Of a stretch of DNA of 64,000 nt, positions 62,341-64,000 are shown one piece after another. A program made the translations under genes and the position numbers. This DNA comes from Marsupella aquatica. Lineage: Eukaryota > Plantae > Marchantiophyta. The notes under the pieces are model-generated. The model was not told the DNA's origin, did no database searches, and saw only the letters and a list, made by a program, of their open reading frames with translations. Positions within the stretch are counted from its first letter, which is position 1. Every line of letters starts with the position of its first letter. Location: positions 9,735,875 through 9,799,874 of the forward strand of contig OZ316891.1 of the NCBI GenBank assembly GCA_973895155.1. Direction: 5' to 3'.

Positions 62341-64000
62341 TGTGCAATGCACAGGTATCAGTCAACTAGTTTATTATAAAAGGCCTTTCAAGGCAACAAA
62401 AAAGTGTTTGGTCCATTGGATTCGTGACATCAAATGTTTTAGTTCATCCATGCCAAGCATCAATGTCCTCCCTTACCCCCTCCTTTCTATAATTTTTGGC
62501 TGGAAGGTGTGCCAACAATCTTGAGCCGGTATAATTGTGTTTCTGGTCATACCTATAAGTATTGTGAGTCAAGGATACTAATAACAGTTGCACCAATCCT
62601 CGCACCAATCCCAGTGACCTATGCGTAAGAACTTCAAGCTTATCCTCATGCAATTATACATATAGTAAAGTTATGTTTATAGGATATTTTGGACCATATT
62701 GCCCCAAAAATGAGAGCTTCAATTTGAGTTTTGAGAGTCTAATATTGTTCATTATGCCATGCTAATTGGACCATAATACACTTAAAGGCCTATGACATTT
62801 TTCTATTAATTTTGTAAGGATCTAGGAGAATGTTTTTCAAAAATGCTCTGAAAGTTAGAAACAGAATTGGTACTTAACTCTAGCATCTGCTTAGGCTAAC
62901 TAGAGCGCAAGTTAATCATGGCTAAGGGTTGCTGAGGTTATATATACTAGTGGAGACGGCCTATATACGGTCATGGAGGCACACTTCATTGTTCTCAATC
63001 AAACTAGAGATTAGTCTTCATGAGTTGCAGACTGGGGAGAGAGCAAGGAGGATTCCCGGGAGGATTGCATCATAGAGCAGCTTGTGGCTTCTCACGCTAT
63101 GGTAGATGTACCATGTTAGTGCATAGTGGGTTTTCATTTCTCATATAGGCCGCTGACATTGCTCAAACAAGCTAGGCAAACCACATATCTTTGTGTTGGT
63201 ATCATGTTGTACATTGGTCCTATGTGATGTTGTGCTCTCCAAATTCTCCCAACCAATATTGGATGAAGAGGTTTCTACTACTTTGGAAAACGAGGAAGGC
63301 CTATTTAGTTTAGCAAACTCGTACCAGGAAGAGCTCAATGCAAGCGAGCTAGAATGCAAGTCATGGTTGGATGTTTGGGAGAGTTGTAGCTGCCAAGGAA
63401 TTGCATCCTATCTGTGTTAGCGGCCTATCTGTGTCAACTTGCCAATCAAGTCTACAAGTCACAATAGTTGCATTGGCTTGGCAAAGCCCCACCTAGGGAG
63501 GGTAGCTATTGCATGGAGTTACTATGGGTCAACAATACCACCCAATAGAGTAACTGTACAACCTTCCTATCTACTTAGGTTCCATATATTTTATTAATAC
63601 TCTTAATGCTATCCATAGCTGAATCTATACACTAGCTATCTAATTACGCAATCCCACTCTTCTTTCTCGTAGTCTGCTTACAAAATATCATTCTTGTAAT
63701 ACACCTCTAGGGTCACTTGATTATGGTGACATTCCCTCCTAACCATGAGAGAGACTCCAGGCCTAATTGGTCACTCTCCCCATAGCTCACACACTCCTTG
63801 AAATCCAATTGTTGGGCTGACTCGATGATTGCCTAATCATCTCAACAATAGTTTTGTCCAACATCACTTACATTGACAATATATTGTGGAGTGCATGCAT
63901 CTTAGGCTAGTTCTCCATCCAAAAGAAGGCTTGACCTTTGAGTGACATTGGAAGATGTATGTGATTAATTAACTCAATGATCTCTCATATAGTAAGCAGA

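Noticed and set aside
61645-62379. Hydrophobic membrane-protein ORFs (61948-62379, 61645-61923)
   Set aside because: Artefacts of pyrimidine/purine-biased low-complexity repeats.
60850-64000. Further genes in the last 3 kb
   Set aside because: Only short ORFs with no recognisable motifs or consistent splice pattern; probably degraded TE sequence that I cannot classify.
1-64000. tRNA, rRNA or snRNA genes
   Set aside because: No convincing cloverleaf/T-loop or rRNA signature was seen by eye; a tRNAscan-SE/Infernal run would be needed to exclude them.

Overview
Intron-rich land-plant nuclear DNA. A non-seed plant such as a bryophyte is plausible, but this cannot be established from the window alone. 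Five host genes can be reconstructed across splice junctions: peroxisomal hydroxypyruvate reductase (HPR, +, ends in -SKL), an SPX-EXS PHO1-family phosphate exporter (-), a QRT3-like pectin-degrading beta-helix enzyme (+), a divergent RPB5-family RNA polymerase subunit (+) and an M20 acetylornithine deacetylase (-). The most interesting element is a 13.3-kb Mutator-like transposon (20029-33363; ~315-bp TIRs, 8-bp TSD CGAGAAAG) lying 1.3 kb upstream of PHO1. Besides a decayed DDE/SWIM transposase it carries two accessory genes. One is an RPA1-C-like zinc/OB-fold ORF. The other is a five-exon zinc-finger gene whose predicted protein starts MARTKNQ and contains RKSNAGKA, resembling the histone H3 K4 and K9/K14 tail motifs; my hypothesis is a histone-mimic anti-silencing factor. 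A 3.8-kb TG...CA element with a 5-bp TSD, apparently a solo LTR containing a long decayed ORF, is nested between these two genes. The window also holds two Mutator-type MITEs, Copia and LINE remnants, and an 89-bp palindromic tandem array. All family assignments come from motif recognition by eye; no searches were run.
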